A DNA stretch of 62,919 nt, the filler included, from Reticulomyxa filosa (Eukaryota > Protista > Foraminifera): the NCBI GenBank assembly GCA_000512085.1. It is 18 parts of 18 records of this genome, joined end to end, with 100 filler letters (N's around TTAATTAATTAA, not from the genome) between each part and the next. Parts side by side here need not be neighbours in the genome. Positions count along the whole stretch, not along the records: positions 23,273 to 27,001 come from ASPP01016407.1; positions 27,102 to 29,476 come from ASPP01006576.1; positions 29,577 to 30,869 come from ASPP01042979.1; positions 30,970 to 32,350 come from ASPP01005608.1; positions 32,451 to 33,577 come from ASPP01021116.1; positions 33,678 to 37,853 come from ASPP01027295.1; positions 37,954 to 39,626 come from ASPP01000401.1; 11 more parts are not named here. One strand, written 5' to 3'. Below, piece by piece: positions 26,214 through 38,869 of the stretch. A program made the translations under genes and the position numbers. The notes beneath the pieces are model-generated. The model worked only from the letters and a program-made list of their open reading frames with translations, did not search any database and was not told the origin of the DNA. The number at the start of each line of letters is the position of its first letter. Positions within the stretch are counted from its first letter, which is position 1.

Positions 26214-26958
26214 ATGGATACAAATTGGCGTCTTCGCCTGGTAAGTAACAAATCACGACATTGTTTTGCGACAGTGCCTCCGAGTATCCGTCAGGTGCTA
26301 TTGAAAAAAGCCTCGACAGACACAGGGTCGATAGTATTAAAGCTTCGTTGGGAGTCAGCACAAGGGACGGACGGACCGAGTACGAATACGAACCCAATTG
26401 TAAAGCCGACGGCATTTGTAGGAAGCCGTTGTGACAATACATGTGCAGAAGGATTTTTATCTCTTCCAATAGCATTGTTGCGATGTCTGAACTTGAGCGA
26501 GGGGATGTCAGTGGAAGTGACATCAGTAACATCGACGACGAGCCAAAGCACAACACAAACGTATAGTTCAGTGCCACTGGAGCCATTGTCGTATGAGGAC
26601 TGGGAGATTATACAATACAATGGAGAGTTTATAACGCACAATCTGTTGGAACAAATCGACGTAGTGAACGACTCGTTTCCATTTCCACTGCACATTGGAG
26701 ACACAAAAGTGTATCTAAAGTCGTCGCATCGATTCCGATTCGGGTTTGTAAAGTTGGGGAGAACGACGACAATTGACATTAAGCCACTTTCCAAGACAAC
26801 AAGTGCGACCACTACCACCAGTGCAACCATGTCTTCCACGGCATTTGGAGTAGGTAGATCGACACAAGACACGACAGCCATGGCCAGTCACAAGTCCATG
26901 AAGACAGCAGCAAGTGGTGGTGTCATGTCCACAATTGCCGAAAATGTATCCAAAGAAA
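26214..26958 (+). CDS. PEX1: Peroxin PEX1, N-terminal domains (truncated by contig end)
   Basis: VPLEPLSYEDWEIIQYNGEFITHNLLEQIDVV matches the PEX1 N-domain motif VEPLSxDDWEILELHAxxLExxLLxQIRIV. Confidence 0.8.
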
Positions 26959-26961
26959 GGT

Positions 26962-27001
<40 letters not shown>

Positions 27002-27101
27002 NNNNNNNNNNNNNNNNNNNNNNNNNNNNNNNNNNNNNNNNNNNNTTAATTAATTAANNNNNNNNNNNNNNNNNNNNNNNNNNNNNNNNNNNNNNNNNNN
27101 N

Positions 27102-28163
27102 CCTGGTGACAAGTACGTCGTCTGCAATACAGATGAGGGCGAACCGGGCACTTTCAAGGACCGCGACATCCTGCTGTACAACCCGCACGCGCTGATCGAA
27201 GGCATGATCATCGCCGGCTACGCCATGGGTTGCAAAGCCGGTTACAACTACATTCACGGTGAAATCTTCGAAGCTTACGAGCTGTTCGAAGAAGCGCTGG
27301 ACGAAGCACGCAAGGCCGGCTTCTTGGGTCAGAACATCCTGGGTACCGACTTCAGCTTCGATCTGTTCGCCCACCACGGCTACGGCGCCTACATCTGTGG
27401 CGAGGAAACCGCGCTGCTGGAATCGCTGGAAGGCAAAAAAGGCCAACCGCGCTTCAAGCCGCCGTTCCCGGCCAGCTTCGGCCTGTACGGCAAGCCGACC
27501 ACCATCAACAACACCGAATCGTTCGCGTCGGTGCCGTTCATCATTCGCGACGGCGGCCAGAAATTCCTGGAAGCCGGCAAGCCGAACAACGGTGGTACCA
27601 AGCTGTTCTCGATCTCCGGCCACGTTAACCGTCCGGGCAACTACGAGATTCCGCTGGGCACCCCGTTTGCCACGCTGCTGGAAATGGCGGGCGGCATGAA
27701 AGACGGCAAGAAACTGAAAGCCGTGATTCCGGGCGGTTCGTCGGCGCCGGTACTGCCGGGCGATGTGATGATGGGCCTGACCATGGATTACGACAGCATC
27801 TCCAAAGCCGGCTCCATGCTGGGTTCGGGTGCCGTGATCGTGATGAACGAAGACGTCTGCATGGTAAAAGCGCTGGAACGTCTGGCGTACTTCTACCATG
27901 AAGAGTCTTGCGGCCAGTGTACGCCGTGCCGCGAAGGCACCGGCTGGCTGTACAAGGTCATCCATCGCATTGCCAACGGCGAAGGCCGTCCTGGCGATCT
28001 GGAGTTGCTGGATTCGGTTGGCAACAACATGGCAGGCCGCACCATCTGCGCCCTGGCCGATGCCGCTGTGTTCCCGGTTCGTAGCTTCACCAAGCACTTC
28101 CGTCATGAGTTCGAGTACCTGATCGAACACAAGAAGTCGCTGGTGGATCACAAATGGTGTTGA
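27102..28163 (+). CDS. nuoF: Bacterial NADH-quinone oxidoreductase subunit F (5'-truncated)
   Basis: [43 protein letters not shown] and [11 protein letters not shown]-rich, strong GC3 bias, no introns. Confidence 0.98.
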   Translation, partial: PGDKYVVCNTDEGEPGTFKDRDILLYNPHALIEGMIIAGYAMGCKAGYNYIHGEIFEAYELFEEALDEARKAGFLGQNILGTDFSFDLFAHHGYGAYICGEETALLESLEGKKGQPRFKPPFPASFGLYGKPTTINNTESFASVPFIIRDGGQKFLEAGKPNNGGTKLFSISGHVNRPGNYEIPLGTPFATLLEMAGGMKDGKKLKAVIPGGSSAPVLPGDVMMGLTMDYDSISKAGSMLGSGAVIVMNEDVCMVKALERLAYFYHEESCGQCTPCREGTGWLYKVIHRIANGEGRPGDLELLDSVGNNMAGRTICALADAAVFPVRSFTKHFRHEFEYLIEHKKSLVDHKWC

Positions 28164-28166
28164 GCG

Positions 28167-29476
28167 ATGCTTGAAATCGAAATCGACGGTAAAAAACTGA
28201 CAGTCAACCAGGGCAGCACCATCATCGATGCCGCCCATACTGCCGGTACCTACATCCCCCACTTCTGTTACCACAAGAAGCTGTCCATTGCGGCCAACTG
28301 CCGCATGTGCCTGGTAGAAGTGGAAAAAGCACCGAAGCCGCTGCCTGCCTGCGCCACGCCGGTAACAGATGGCATGAAAGTGCACACTGCGTCCCCGCTG
28401 GCCAAGAAAGCCCAGCAGGGCGTGATGGAGTTCCTGCTGATCAACCACCCGCTGGACTGCCCGATCTGCGACCAGGGCGGCGAATGCCAGCTGCAAGACC
28501 TGGCCGTGGGCTACGGTAACTCCGGTTCGCGCTACCAGGAAGAAAAGCGCGTCGTGGTGGGTAAAGACATGGGCCCGCTGGTTTCCGCCGAGGAAATGAG
28601 CCGCTGCATCCACTGTACCCGCTGCGTACGCTTCACCGACGAAATCGGTGGCTTCCAGGAAATCGGTATGGCCAACCGCAGCGAGTTCTCGGAAATCATG
28701 CCTTACCTGGGCAAGACCGTTAACTCGGAAATCTCCGGTAACGTCATCGATCTGTGCCCGGTGGGTGCGCTCACTTCCAAACCGTTCCGCTACAGCACCC
28801 GTGCCTGGGAGCTGTCGCGTCGCAAGTCGGTTAGCCCGCACGACGGCCTGGGTGCCAACCTGATCGTTCAGGTGAAGCAAAACCAGGTAATGCGCGTGCT
28901 GCCGCTGGAAAACGAAGCCATCAACGAATGCTGGCTGGCTGACCGCGACCGTTTCTCGTACGAAGGCCTGAACAGCGCCGAGCGCCTGCACAAGCCGATG
29001 ATCAAGTTCGACGGCAAGTGGCACGAAACCGACTGGCAGACCGCGCTGGAATACGTGGTGAAAGGCCTGAACGGTGTATCTGCCGATCACGGCAAGGACG
29101 CCATCGGCTTCCTGACCAGTGCACACAGCACCACCGAAGAACTGTACCTGGCCCAGAAACTGGCCCGCAGCTTCGGCGTGAACAACATTGACGCCGCCCT
29201 GCGCCGTAGTGACAGCCGTGTGGCTGCCGCTCAGCAAGGTGCGCTGTGGCTGGGTTCTTCCATCGTGGAGCTGGCCGCGGCCAAGTCCATCCTGATGGTG
29301 GGCTCCTCGCAGCGTCAGGAACAGCCCCTGCTGGCCTCGCGTATCCGCCAGGCGGTGAAGAAGGTACCCAGCTCAACGTACTGCACATCGCCGACGACGA
29401 GCTGTTTACCGCGCTGAACGCCAAGCTGATCGTGTCCCCGGCTGCGCTGGTGAATGGTCTGGCCCAAGTGCTGAAA
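28167..29476 (+). CDS. nuoG: Bacterial NADH-quinone oxidoreductase subunit G (3'-truncated; 1-nt deletion near 29362)
   Basis: IPHFCYH..LSIAANCRMCLVEVE, NHPLDCPICDQGGECQLQD, RCIHCTRCVRF and DLCPVGAL. Starts 3 nt after the nuoF stop, consistent with an operon. Confidence 0.98.
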
Positions 29477-31040
29477 NNNNNNNNNNNNNNNNNNNNNNNN
29501 NNNNNNNNNNNNNNNNNNNNTTAATTAATTAANNNNNNNNNNNNNNNNNNNNNNNNNNNNNNNNNNNNNNNNNNNNATTGTTTGCACTTCCTCCACTTCA
29601 TCCAACTATTTGCGCAATTGGTGCTTCATACCTTTCAATCTATGCACGTGATAACCAAAGACATGTATTTACAACATCCAACAAATGAAAAAAAAAAAAA
29701 AAAACTTGTCAAGGCCACATTGGTCACGTTTTTATGTGGAGGCTGGTGTTATCAATAGAGTCCACAAATGCTTTGCGCTGTTGTCAATGAGTTGGGTCAT
29801 TGTATTGTTTGTGAGATTGGACAATTCGAGCTGTGTGATCAATGGATTGTAGAATGTGTAGTGCTATGGATAGACCATGCCTTGGTGAAAGTGGCTGATG
29901 TACAAAAAAGGATGGACATCACCACTGACTTGCAATTCGATTGCCCGTCAATTGTGTCATTGTCCATATCCTTCTTTGCGCAAACAGCGCTTCTTCCACC
30001 TTAAAGGCAGGTGCTGATCCATGTGACCACAACCAACTTTACATTATAATTTGCGGCAGCAATTGCAGCTGGTCGGACAATGTGTCAAAGTCGTTGTCGT
30101 CCTTTTCCACATTTTCGTCCATGTTGCCCACATTTTTTTTTGGCCACATCGTAAGACCTATACAAATTTTTTTTTATTTGATGTTTTAAAAAAAGTAGTA
30201 AAAAAAAACAAACAACATAACTTTGAAGTATCAAATAGCGTTGAAAATGTGCTCGCTGATAGAACTTTGACTTGGTGACTATCGAGTTATTGATGTATGA
30301 TGAAGTTGCGAGTGTTGGTGAATAGCTTGGACCCGCTTCTACTTCGTCACTTGTAAAAACACTATATTTTTGTTTTTTTTAAAAAAATCCATTGAAAATC
30401 AAATCTATCATAATACAATCCATCTTCCCCCTTACGTTTCTTGCTATACGTAAACCTCCCTTTTTTTTTTCATGTCATTTTTTTTTTACTGTTATGTACA
30501 TGTGCGATAATGATTTGTACGTCAATACGTACAATGATGATGGAATTCCCAAAGTATGTGATGAAGCATTCATTGCGGACGTCTTGATATATATAATTTG
30601 TATTTGGTTGATGGTCAACATTCTTCTGATAACACGTATACTCCCTCTTTTCAATTGCACCAAACCATTATTGAAAATTTGTACTGATGATAATCTTATG
30701 TTATCATGGCCCTGTGGACATTGCACACATATCCAAATTTTCAATTTCCACATTTTGATTATAGAGTGATTGGCCGATGTATTCCATGTTGTTATCAATA
30801 TAATTATATTGTCTTGATTATTTGAATGTTTTGGCCCGTTTTCGGTTTGAATTGTCTCTGAGCACATATNNNNNNNNNNNNNNNNNNNNNNNNNNNNNNN
30901 NNNNNNNNNNNNNTTAATTAATTAANNNNNNNNNNNNNNNNNNNNNNNNNNNNNNNNNNNNNNNNNNNNAAAAAAAAAAAAAAAGGATGCCACAAATAAC
31001 CAAATAATCAAAATTAAATAATAATAAACACACAAAATTA

Positions 31041-31683
31041 ACTTGAGAAATAATAGTTTGGGAAATTGTGAAGTCAATAATTTTGTTTGCCAATTCGTCA
31101 TCCAAAAGATGGTCTTTGTCTTCTGATTTGCATTTTTCGCGGACCACATCTCCCAATAATTGCAATATTAATGCTTTCACTTTGTTTGAAGGCTTTGTGT
31201 TCGATCATCCATTTGTTAGTTTATATATATATATTTTTTTTCTTTCAATTCATAATATTTCGAATTAGAACAAACAAAAATAAAATAAACAAGAAAAAAT
31301 TGACCCTCCATACGACTGCTTAAATAACTTTTTTGTTCAATATATAATCGACGGATTGTGTCAAAACAAGCAATGGCTGATCACTTCCAACAATGTGCAG
31401 TGACTGAAAAATTTCATTTTGTACATCGGTTTCCCCGTCATCTCCGTGTTCCAATAGTCTTAATACAATTTCTAAGTTGGATTTGTATATGTGTGCCATG
31501 GTTTACATTGGACGCATATTTATATGTTGTTTTGCGTGAGAGGTCCAAAAAAAAACGCAGAGCGAAAGAAGAAAAATAAACATAGCAGGCCGAACTGTCA
31601 ATTTTGCCACCGGTTTGACGAACTGAATCTTTGCTTTTCTTGGTTTCAGAGCCACTTGAAGAGGATTTGAATAGAGATGACAT
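31041..31683 (-). CDS. Maestro HEAT-like repeat (MROH1/HEATR7A)-like protein, N-terminal exons
   Basis: Manual translation VLRLLEHGDDGETDVQNEIFQSLHIVGSDQPLLVLTQSVDYILNKK, then KALILQLLGDVV...LLDDELANKIIDFTISQ, resembles the MROH1 N-terminus. Confidence 0.55.
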
Positions 31684-32075
31684 CTTTTTTTTTGGTAAAG
31701 TATTTCCTTGTTTCTTATATTCTCAAAGCCAGCTACTGACAATGTTAGGTATCTTACATTTGAAAGTATTTTAGTCACTCACAAATTATACTAAAATTTT
31801 ATTTATTTTTTCTTAAGCCATATTCTTTGCAACAAAAGCTCTTTCTGTTCTAGTTTGACATACATTGTTTTATTTAATGCCACAAATTGCGAGTTCTTAA
31901 AATAAAAAATGTAAACAATATTTCTATTTTTAAATTATATGCTGCACGGGCTTGTTCCAGTCTTTTGACAAAAAGAAAGGGTCTTTGCGCACATACAAAA
32001 AACCTTTCCCCTTTTAACTCTTTTTCCTATTTATACTTTTGGAATATCATTGGAAAAGCTCTGCTAACTCAATAA

Positions 32076-32350
32076 ATGAACCCAAACGCTCAAGAGTGGA
32101 ATCCAGACAGTTATAATACTCAATCTGGAAATACTTCAAGACAACAACAACCCGCTTCCGGTAGTCAACCATCGCATTCACAGTATCCAACCGCTCAGTA
32201 TGGAGGGCAACAGTATTATCAACCACAGCAATACTACCAAGACACGCGAGAGCAAGCAGCGCAACAAGAATATTATCGAGAAATGCAAAGACGACAATAT
32301 GAACAGCGTCGACTATTGCAACAGCAACAACAGCAACAACAGCAACAACA
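32076..32350 (+). CDS. N-terminus of a protein with a PAM2-like motif and a Q/Y/S/G-rich region (truncated)
   Basis: MNPNAQEWNP followed by SQYPTAQYGGQQYYQPQQYYQ and poly-Q. Confidence 0.6.
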
Positions 32351-33677
32351 NNNNNNNNNNNNNNNNNNNNNNNNNNNNNNNNNNNNNNNNNNNNTTAATT
32401 AATTAANNNNNNNNNNNNNNNNNNNNNNNNNNNNNNNNNNNNNNNNNNNNACTATTTTTATTTTTTCAACATATCCAATGCGTGCAACAATTTTTGAAGT
32501 TACATATCGATTGTCTTATGTCAAACATACGTGCGAATTTTGATATTTAGAGGAATCCAATTGCACATTTTTTTTTTTCAATAAAATACTTTATTTGTTT
32601 GAAATATTGCCAGTGTTTGTTGACTTGCTTCGAGTGATGTGATTTGACAGAAAAGCAAATGAACTTGTCGATTATATAATTATTGTATTATATTACTAGC
32701 TTTTTTTGCCAATGAATGGCTTGCCATTTTAGTGATGAAACAGGTAGTAATAATGAATTCTCTGTGTTGCATTGCAACATTATTCATTTATTTGCTTTGT
32801 CCAACAATCGACAAATTACATATTTTATTTTGTATACGTACATTTACAAAGACTTTACTGATTCTAATAGTGCAGAAGCAGTTATCTTTTTTTTATTCAA
32901 TCAATAACAAAAATATTTTGACATTCGAGAAAATAGATTTGATGATGTTTTGAAAATATTACTGTATGACACTGGAAATGTCATAGATTTAACAGACAAA
33001 AGAGGTCACATGAATGTGCTAACAAAAGCGTAATTGACAACACATTACAGGCACAATATATATATATATTTATATGGAATCAACCACTTTTGAAAGTGTT
33101 TCAACTAAAACGAAACAGAATTACTGTCGTTCTATTAATGGAAAAAAATTTATGTTATCTGATTGTTCTCCATGTTTCCATTTTGAAATTATTTTGTGCA
33201 AATTTTTGATTACATAATAAAAATTCTTCATTGTATAACCACGTTTAATCACTATATTTTAATTTGATAAATAACTCAATAATTATAAAAAATAATTAAA
33301 AAAAAAGATAAGTTGAATAGTTCCTTAAAAAGGGTTTAATTCCAGATTTTTTATTTTTTTATCTAGCATCATTTGTTTTACTCATTGTTTTCAAAGTTTA
33401 CAAGGATAAAATTTATATCACCAGATTGCCAAAGAAATTTCCTGTATGAAAATGGTTAAAAGAGTTCAAAGAGACTATTACGACATTTTTTTAAAAATAT
33501 TTTCGGTATCTATGATCAAATTGATGTCGTCATAATCCAAATAATTGAAAATTTGTATAAGTCTGTATTAAAAAAAANNNNNNNNNNNNNNNNNNNNNNN
33601 NNNNNNNNNNNNNNNNNNNNNTTAATTAATTAANNNNNNNNNNNNNNNNNNNNNNNNNNNNNNNNNNNNNNNNNNNN

Positions 33678-35036
33678 AAATAGTGTCAACGAAACTTTCC
33701 ACAAAAACAGACGGCATCATGAACAACGGTACATTTCATACAAGGTCCGTGATGACAAGTGAGTTGGCACGTGTGGCGACCGCATTTCAAAAGTTTCCCA
33801 CAAAGCTGAGAGCACACTTTTTTTTGGAGCTCCTCTTCCCCACAACGCAGTCGATACTCCATCTTTCCACACTCGCAATACGAAACGAACTTGGCCGGCA
33901 ATGGACAAGGCTTGCACGGGCCAGGATGGCAGATGGCTAAACACGGATGAGGACACGTATTGTCATTGCTGCCGTCATCATTTCCACTCTTTGTCCTCTT
34001 TTCTTTCCTTCCACGTGACCTCTTCTCACACAGCTCGCCACAGCTGTGTGGAATCCCATTCGAATAATAGTGCTTATTATCGCCTTGCAAGCTCATTTCA
34101 TTGCTTTTTTTGCAATAGCAACGATACTCGCCAACACTATAGTCGTCGTTTTCATAATTGCAGCCCGGGCATTTCAATCGTGTTATCTCACTCCCTTTTC
34201 GCGGCAATCGATTGTCCACTTCTGCTTGTTTCAACTCATTCGCATGGGCCCATCGACTTTGTTCAACGCAGAGTCACATAAACAAACAAAAAGTAGTCTC
34301 TTATGATTTAATTAACTCCAAACAAAGACAAAAGAAGAAAAAAAAAAAGGGAGGGGAAAAAAATTGTGCAAGGATACAAAACTCAATGCAAGACAAGTGG
34401 AAAATAGCACAACATTTAATGCAACTCCAAATTTTGGCGGTTTGGCTGATCGGCGATTGACATATCATACACTCATAAATTTGACTAAAAAGTTGATCGA
34501 TCATTTCTTTGGCTCGTTTCGATAAATTGCTGGAGTCATAGTAGGTACGTTCTTTTTTTTTTGATTTGATCGGTGCATGTTCTTTGAGTGGGCATGTTGG
34601 AATCGTTGCTGTCTCGTTGTGAAATATTCCAATGCGAGGATGTCATTACATTGTTATCACTCTCTTGTTCTGTGCTTCGTTTGTCATCTTTCTCTTCCAT
34701 GTCTTTGGCTGCTTCTTCTTGTTCTCTTTTTTTTATCACCCATTTGCCATTCGCAACGTTGTTCTTTGGACGATAACCATGCGCTTTTCTGGAGTGATGC
34801 CACTGTCTTTTGTCCTGCCGATAAAATTGCCTCTCTCTTGGCTCTGGCTTTTTTAATATGTCTTTCCACTTCTTATGCTGATTATATGATGCACCATTTT
34901 GAGAATTTTGATTTGTTTTCGTGATTGGCGCTTCATGCATACTCTTTTCTTCTTCTCTGTGCGCAAATGCTTGCGCATTATTCTTATTTGGGTGTGCAGA
35001 TGTGTCTTTGCCCTCCTTTTTGGAAGCTGCGCTCAT
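33678..35036 (-). CDS. NF-X1-type zinc finger protein (NFX1/NFXL1/FAP1 family), 3'-truncated
   Basis: RING/PHD YECMICQSPI...WSCIKCCAIFHLSCI...CPGC, then PHSCGELC, CPHPCLAICHPGPCKPC and CGRHTCQLTCHHGPCMKC repeats. Confidence 0.92.
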
Positions 35037-35362
35037 TTGCTTGACTATTTTCTTGTAGAAAGTAATTGAAAGATGACAAGAGGAGAGCAAGGGGGAAAAA
35101 GGGGGGACTGTGCTGTTGACAAAAACCTTTCCTTACATTGTAAAAGTTTTAGTAAAGATATGAAAATACCATAAAGTGAAAACGACCTCCTTTTTTTAAA
35201 TTTAGTGATATTCTTTAATTGGCCTCTGCCTTTAATAATACTTGTTTGCAAAAGAATGATTAACTTGTAAAAAAAAATCTCAAAAATTTTGATTTTTTGA
35301 CATTATTTGTGAGGTTTAATTCAAACATTCATTTGAAGAAGAAAGGCCGAATACACCGAAAT

Positions 35363-36065
35363 TTAAAACACAGAAGGAGCTTTTGCAGCAATTTTAGGCC
35401 ACAACTCGGCGCACTCTTTTGCAACAGGTCCTGTGATCGCAGATCCTTTCATTTCACCTTTTTCATTTACAATACATCCAGCGTTATCTTCAAAATATAT
35501 CCAAGTACCATCTTTTCTTCGCCAAATTTTTCTTTGTCTCACAATAACTGCCATCATCACTATGATTTAAAATAATTTCATTAAAAAAAAAAACAGTTAC
35601 GGATATGCGCATCATATTTTCCTTTGTTTCAGCGAAGGTGAGAAAAAGTATGTGATATTTGATTATTCAAAAAGGGTTTACAAAATTGTTTAGAAGGGTG
35701 AGGGGAGGGACAATCTTTACTGTTAATTGCAAATTTTGAACTGACCTTTTCTTCTTAAATCAGGTTTTCCTTTTTTTACACTGCAAAGGAACATATCGCC
35801 AACACTTCCCTTGGGAATTCGGGCAAGTCTACCTTGCCATCCTTTGACAGCAAATAAGTTCAAGTTTTTGGCACCACTGTTATCAGCACAGTTTAATAAT
35901 GCCCCTGCTGGCAAACCACATGATACTTTAAATTTTGCGCCACGAGTTCCGCTTCTTCCTGTTTGTTCAAATCACAACTCGTAAAGTGGTCTTCGTCCAG
36001 AGCACACACAAAACCACAAATTAAAAATAGCAATTCAATTATTCATGTTCACCTCTTTTGGACAT
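35363..36065 (-). CDS. RPL23: 60S ribosomal protein L23 (uL14), 3 exons
   Basis: MSKR|...[18 protein letters not shown]...[11 protein letters not shown]|[11 protein letters not shown]...[37 protein letters not shown]. Confidence 0.98.
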
Positions 36066-36796
36066 GTTTGTTCAAAGGCTTTGATATTGATGCAAAAATG
36101 AAATCCAATCAAGAGTTGCCAAATTTGATGGTTCTCACCTGTTTTTTGGAAGCCTGATATTTGTGGCTAACTCTATTGGAGAACTAATCATAAACTTTAT
36201 TCGCTTGTTCAAGCAAATAAAAATCGTTCATTGACAGAGATTGTGTTAATTTTAATCTTTTTTTTGATTAGTCAAGTAAGGCAAATTGTTGAAGTATCAA
36301 ACCTACATTCAACATAAACTACCAGAGTTGGATGATAGAAACTTGATAGTTAATGTTTCCATGAAATCAATAATATAAATGTTTTGAAACAGTAATAATA
36401 AAAAAAAACAAGTTGTTTCAAAAGTTCAAATTTATGTTTAGGGACAATAAATTAGAAATGAAAAACAATCTAGTCATAAAAAAAGGGTCATACATGTCTT
36501 CACAAAATATTTTCAAATGTCCTTGACCCAAAGAAAAAAGGAAAAAAAAAGACAAGGCACCTAGAATATACAACACAAGGAAAAAAAAAAAAAAGAAGAA
36601 GCAAATCAAACAAATCTATGAGTTGATTATGCTGACAGTGGTAATAATAGGGGAGAAAAAAAAAGCCACACTGCAGCGATAAGCAAAGAATATACGATAA
36701 GATATTTAAAATAAAATCCACAAGACACAAAAAGATACACTCTAGAATGCAAAGTCATTAAAAAGCAAGCAAAACATTGCATTGAACCCTTCTCCC

Positions 36797-36831
<35 letters not shown>

Positions 36832-36875
36832 TTTTGGGTTGAATAGATATCTAAAACAAAACTAAAATCAAAGTC

Positions 36876-37769
36876 TTATCGGTCGCGATCACTCCCGAAA
36901 ACTTCCTCTTTCTTTTTCACTCCGTTGGGATGAAACACAAACCGTAAATCTTGCAGTTCCCAAATGATCGACTCCAATCTTTGGCCATAATCGTAATTGA
37001 GAGGAAAGTAAATCCCGTTATCTTGTCGGACCATCAAAGCGTGGACCTGTTCGTTCTTGGACTTTTTCCGATAAGACAGATCTACGGCATTGTTGTGTGA
37101 CGATGAAAAACGAATAATGAAGGTTCCTGGAGGGCATTTCTATAATTTTTCATTAAAAAAAAAAATACGTATACACATATATGTATATATGTATATGTGT
37201 AAAAGTACGTATACAAATACAAGGATATCACAACACGTAACGTTCAAAGTTTCCTCGACTTTTTTCTTTGGGAAAAAGCCATGGAAGCTCATTTCGGGAT
37301 GGTTCCACAAATTGGAGTCGGTGACGATGCGACAGACCCCTTGAAACCATTCAAAGATGACACGGAATTGATGGGGAAAGATAACGGTATTGGCGGCATT
37401 GGCAGTGTCAAACACCAAATTGAAGCGAGCATGACTCAGGAAAGGCTCCAAAGTCTGACAAGAAATTTGTCCAGCCAACCACTTATTTTCGGTTCGATCC
37501 AAAAAGTACTGCTGCAAAGCGTGTGTCACTTGATCAAACTTTGCGTATGATTGGTCTTCATTTCTGCGGCCGAGTCCCCCTTTGGCGCACTCCCTCCACA
37601 TGGTGTCCTCTACCATCTCTGTCTGGCTCTTCGCACTGGGGCTTATCGAGTTCAGGTTTTGCAACAGCTCGGAGGACACGCTAACGTACTTGTTGTTGCT
37701 ATCAAAGGTGAAGCTGGTCAGTTTGCTCCAACTTTGAGGGGAGCTATTTTGACCGACTTGTTCTGCAGA
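36876..37769 (-). CDS. STAT-type linker-SH2 domain protein, C-terminal part
   Basis: IFEWFQGV...LWN...FHGFFPKKKVEETLN|KCPPGTFIIRFSSS...FVFHPNGVKKKEEVFG, with the stop at 36876-36878. Confidence 0.8.
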
Positions 37770-37822
37770 ACTAATATATGTACATATATACATTTTTTTT
37801 TTTTTTTGGGCATGCATGTACA

Positions 37823-37853
<31 letters not shown>

Positions 37854-38869
37854 NNNNNNNNNNNNNNNNNNNNNNNNNNNNNNNNNNNNNNNNNNNNTTA
37901 ATTAATTAANNNNNNNNNNNNNNNNNNNNNNNNNNNNNNNNNNNNNNNNNNNNCCCTCTTACACAAGTATAAAAAAATCTTTATATCACTATAAAAAAAT
38001 TTTTTACTAGTTACAAATTTTCTAGTTAGAATTTTCTTTCTTTCTTGGTCCCGAACTTTCTTGGGCTAGACGACGTCTTAAATTTTGAAGGATATTTTGA
38101 AAGTAAATTAAAATATTTAAGAGATGTCGAAGTATCTTGACACTTCCAACCACAATCTCTTTCAAAATACAACTTTTTAAGAAAAGTTAATATTAATGAT
38201 GTGAAGATGAAGAAAAACCTTTGGAACATTGTTTGATGTAGTGTTCACATTATCAAGGCCTTAGAGAAATATATCGAGCAGTAATCAAGAATTTGTTGCC
38301 GCATCAATTCAATATATTAAATCTAAGAAATTTAGTTATTGGAGACAAAGACATGTGAACCCGAAACAAGAACAAAAGTTGTCAAAAACAAAATAACTTT
38401 GACCAAAATTTGTCCATAAATTTGAAGTTTCGATTGTTGTTTGTTATTGATACAAAGTAATCAGATCAAGTCTTAAATTATACAATTTATTGTAAAACAA
38501 TCTATATTAGAATATGACTGTTAATTTTGAAATAATGCTGCGATCCATAAACGATAATTTTTGTGTTATGAATTTAACGTCATAGTACGAAGCGCAAACT
38601 TGATTTGCAAGTTTTGCGCTTCTTTAAAAAAAAATTGATAACGAATAAAACTTCTGGTAAGATAAGCCATAGTTCTGATAATTGTTTTACAAAAATCAAA
38701 AGCAAATTTGTTATGTGTATTTGATTTAACGCTTTGTGATCGTATTGTACTGTTTTAAAATTTCAATACTACGAACTCAACAAAATTAAAATGTTTATTT
38801 TCGTTCGTAAAAAAAGTGAACGCAATATTTCCCTTTTTGAAAAAAAACAATTTATCAGGTATTTCGTCA

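Noticed and set aside
27054-29237. 727-aa minus-strand ORF
   Set aside because: Antisense shadow of the GC3-biased nuoF/nuoG genes; no protein motifs.
26214-29476. PEX1 next to bacterial nuoFG as evidence of horizontal transfer
   Set aside because: They are separated by an artificial linker; there is no physical linkage.
29577-30869. Coding-like fragments, including a hydrophobic stretch at 30490-30820
   Set aside because: Stops in all frames and no recognisable family; probably decayed sequence that I cannot support as a gene.
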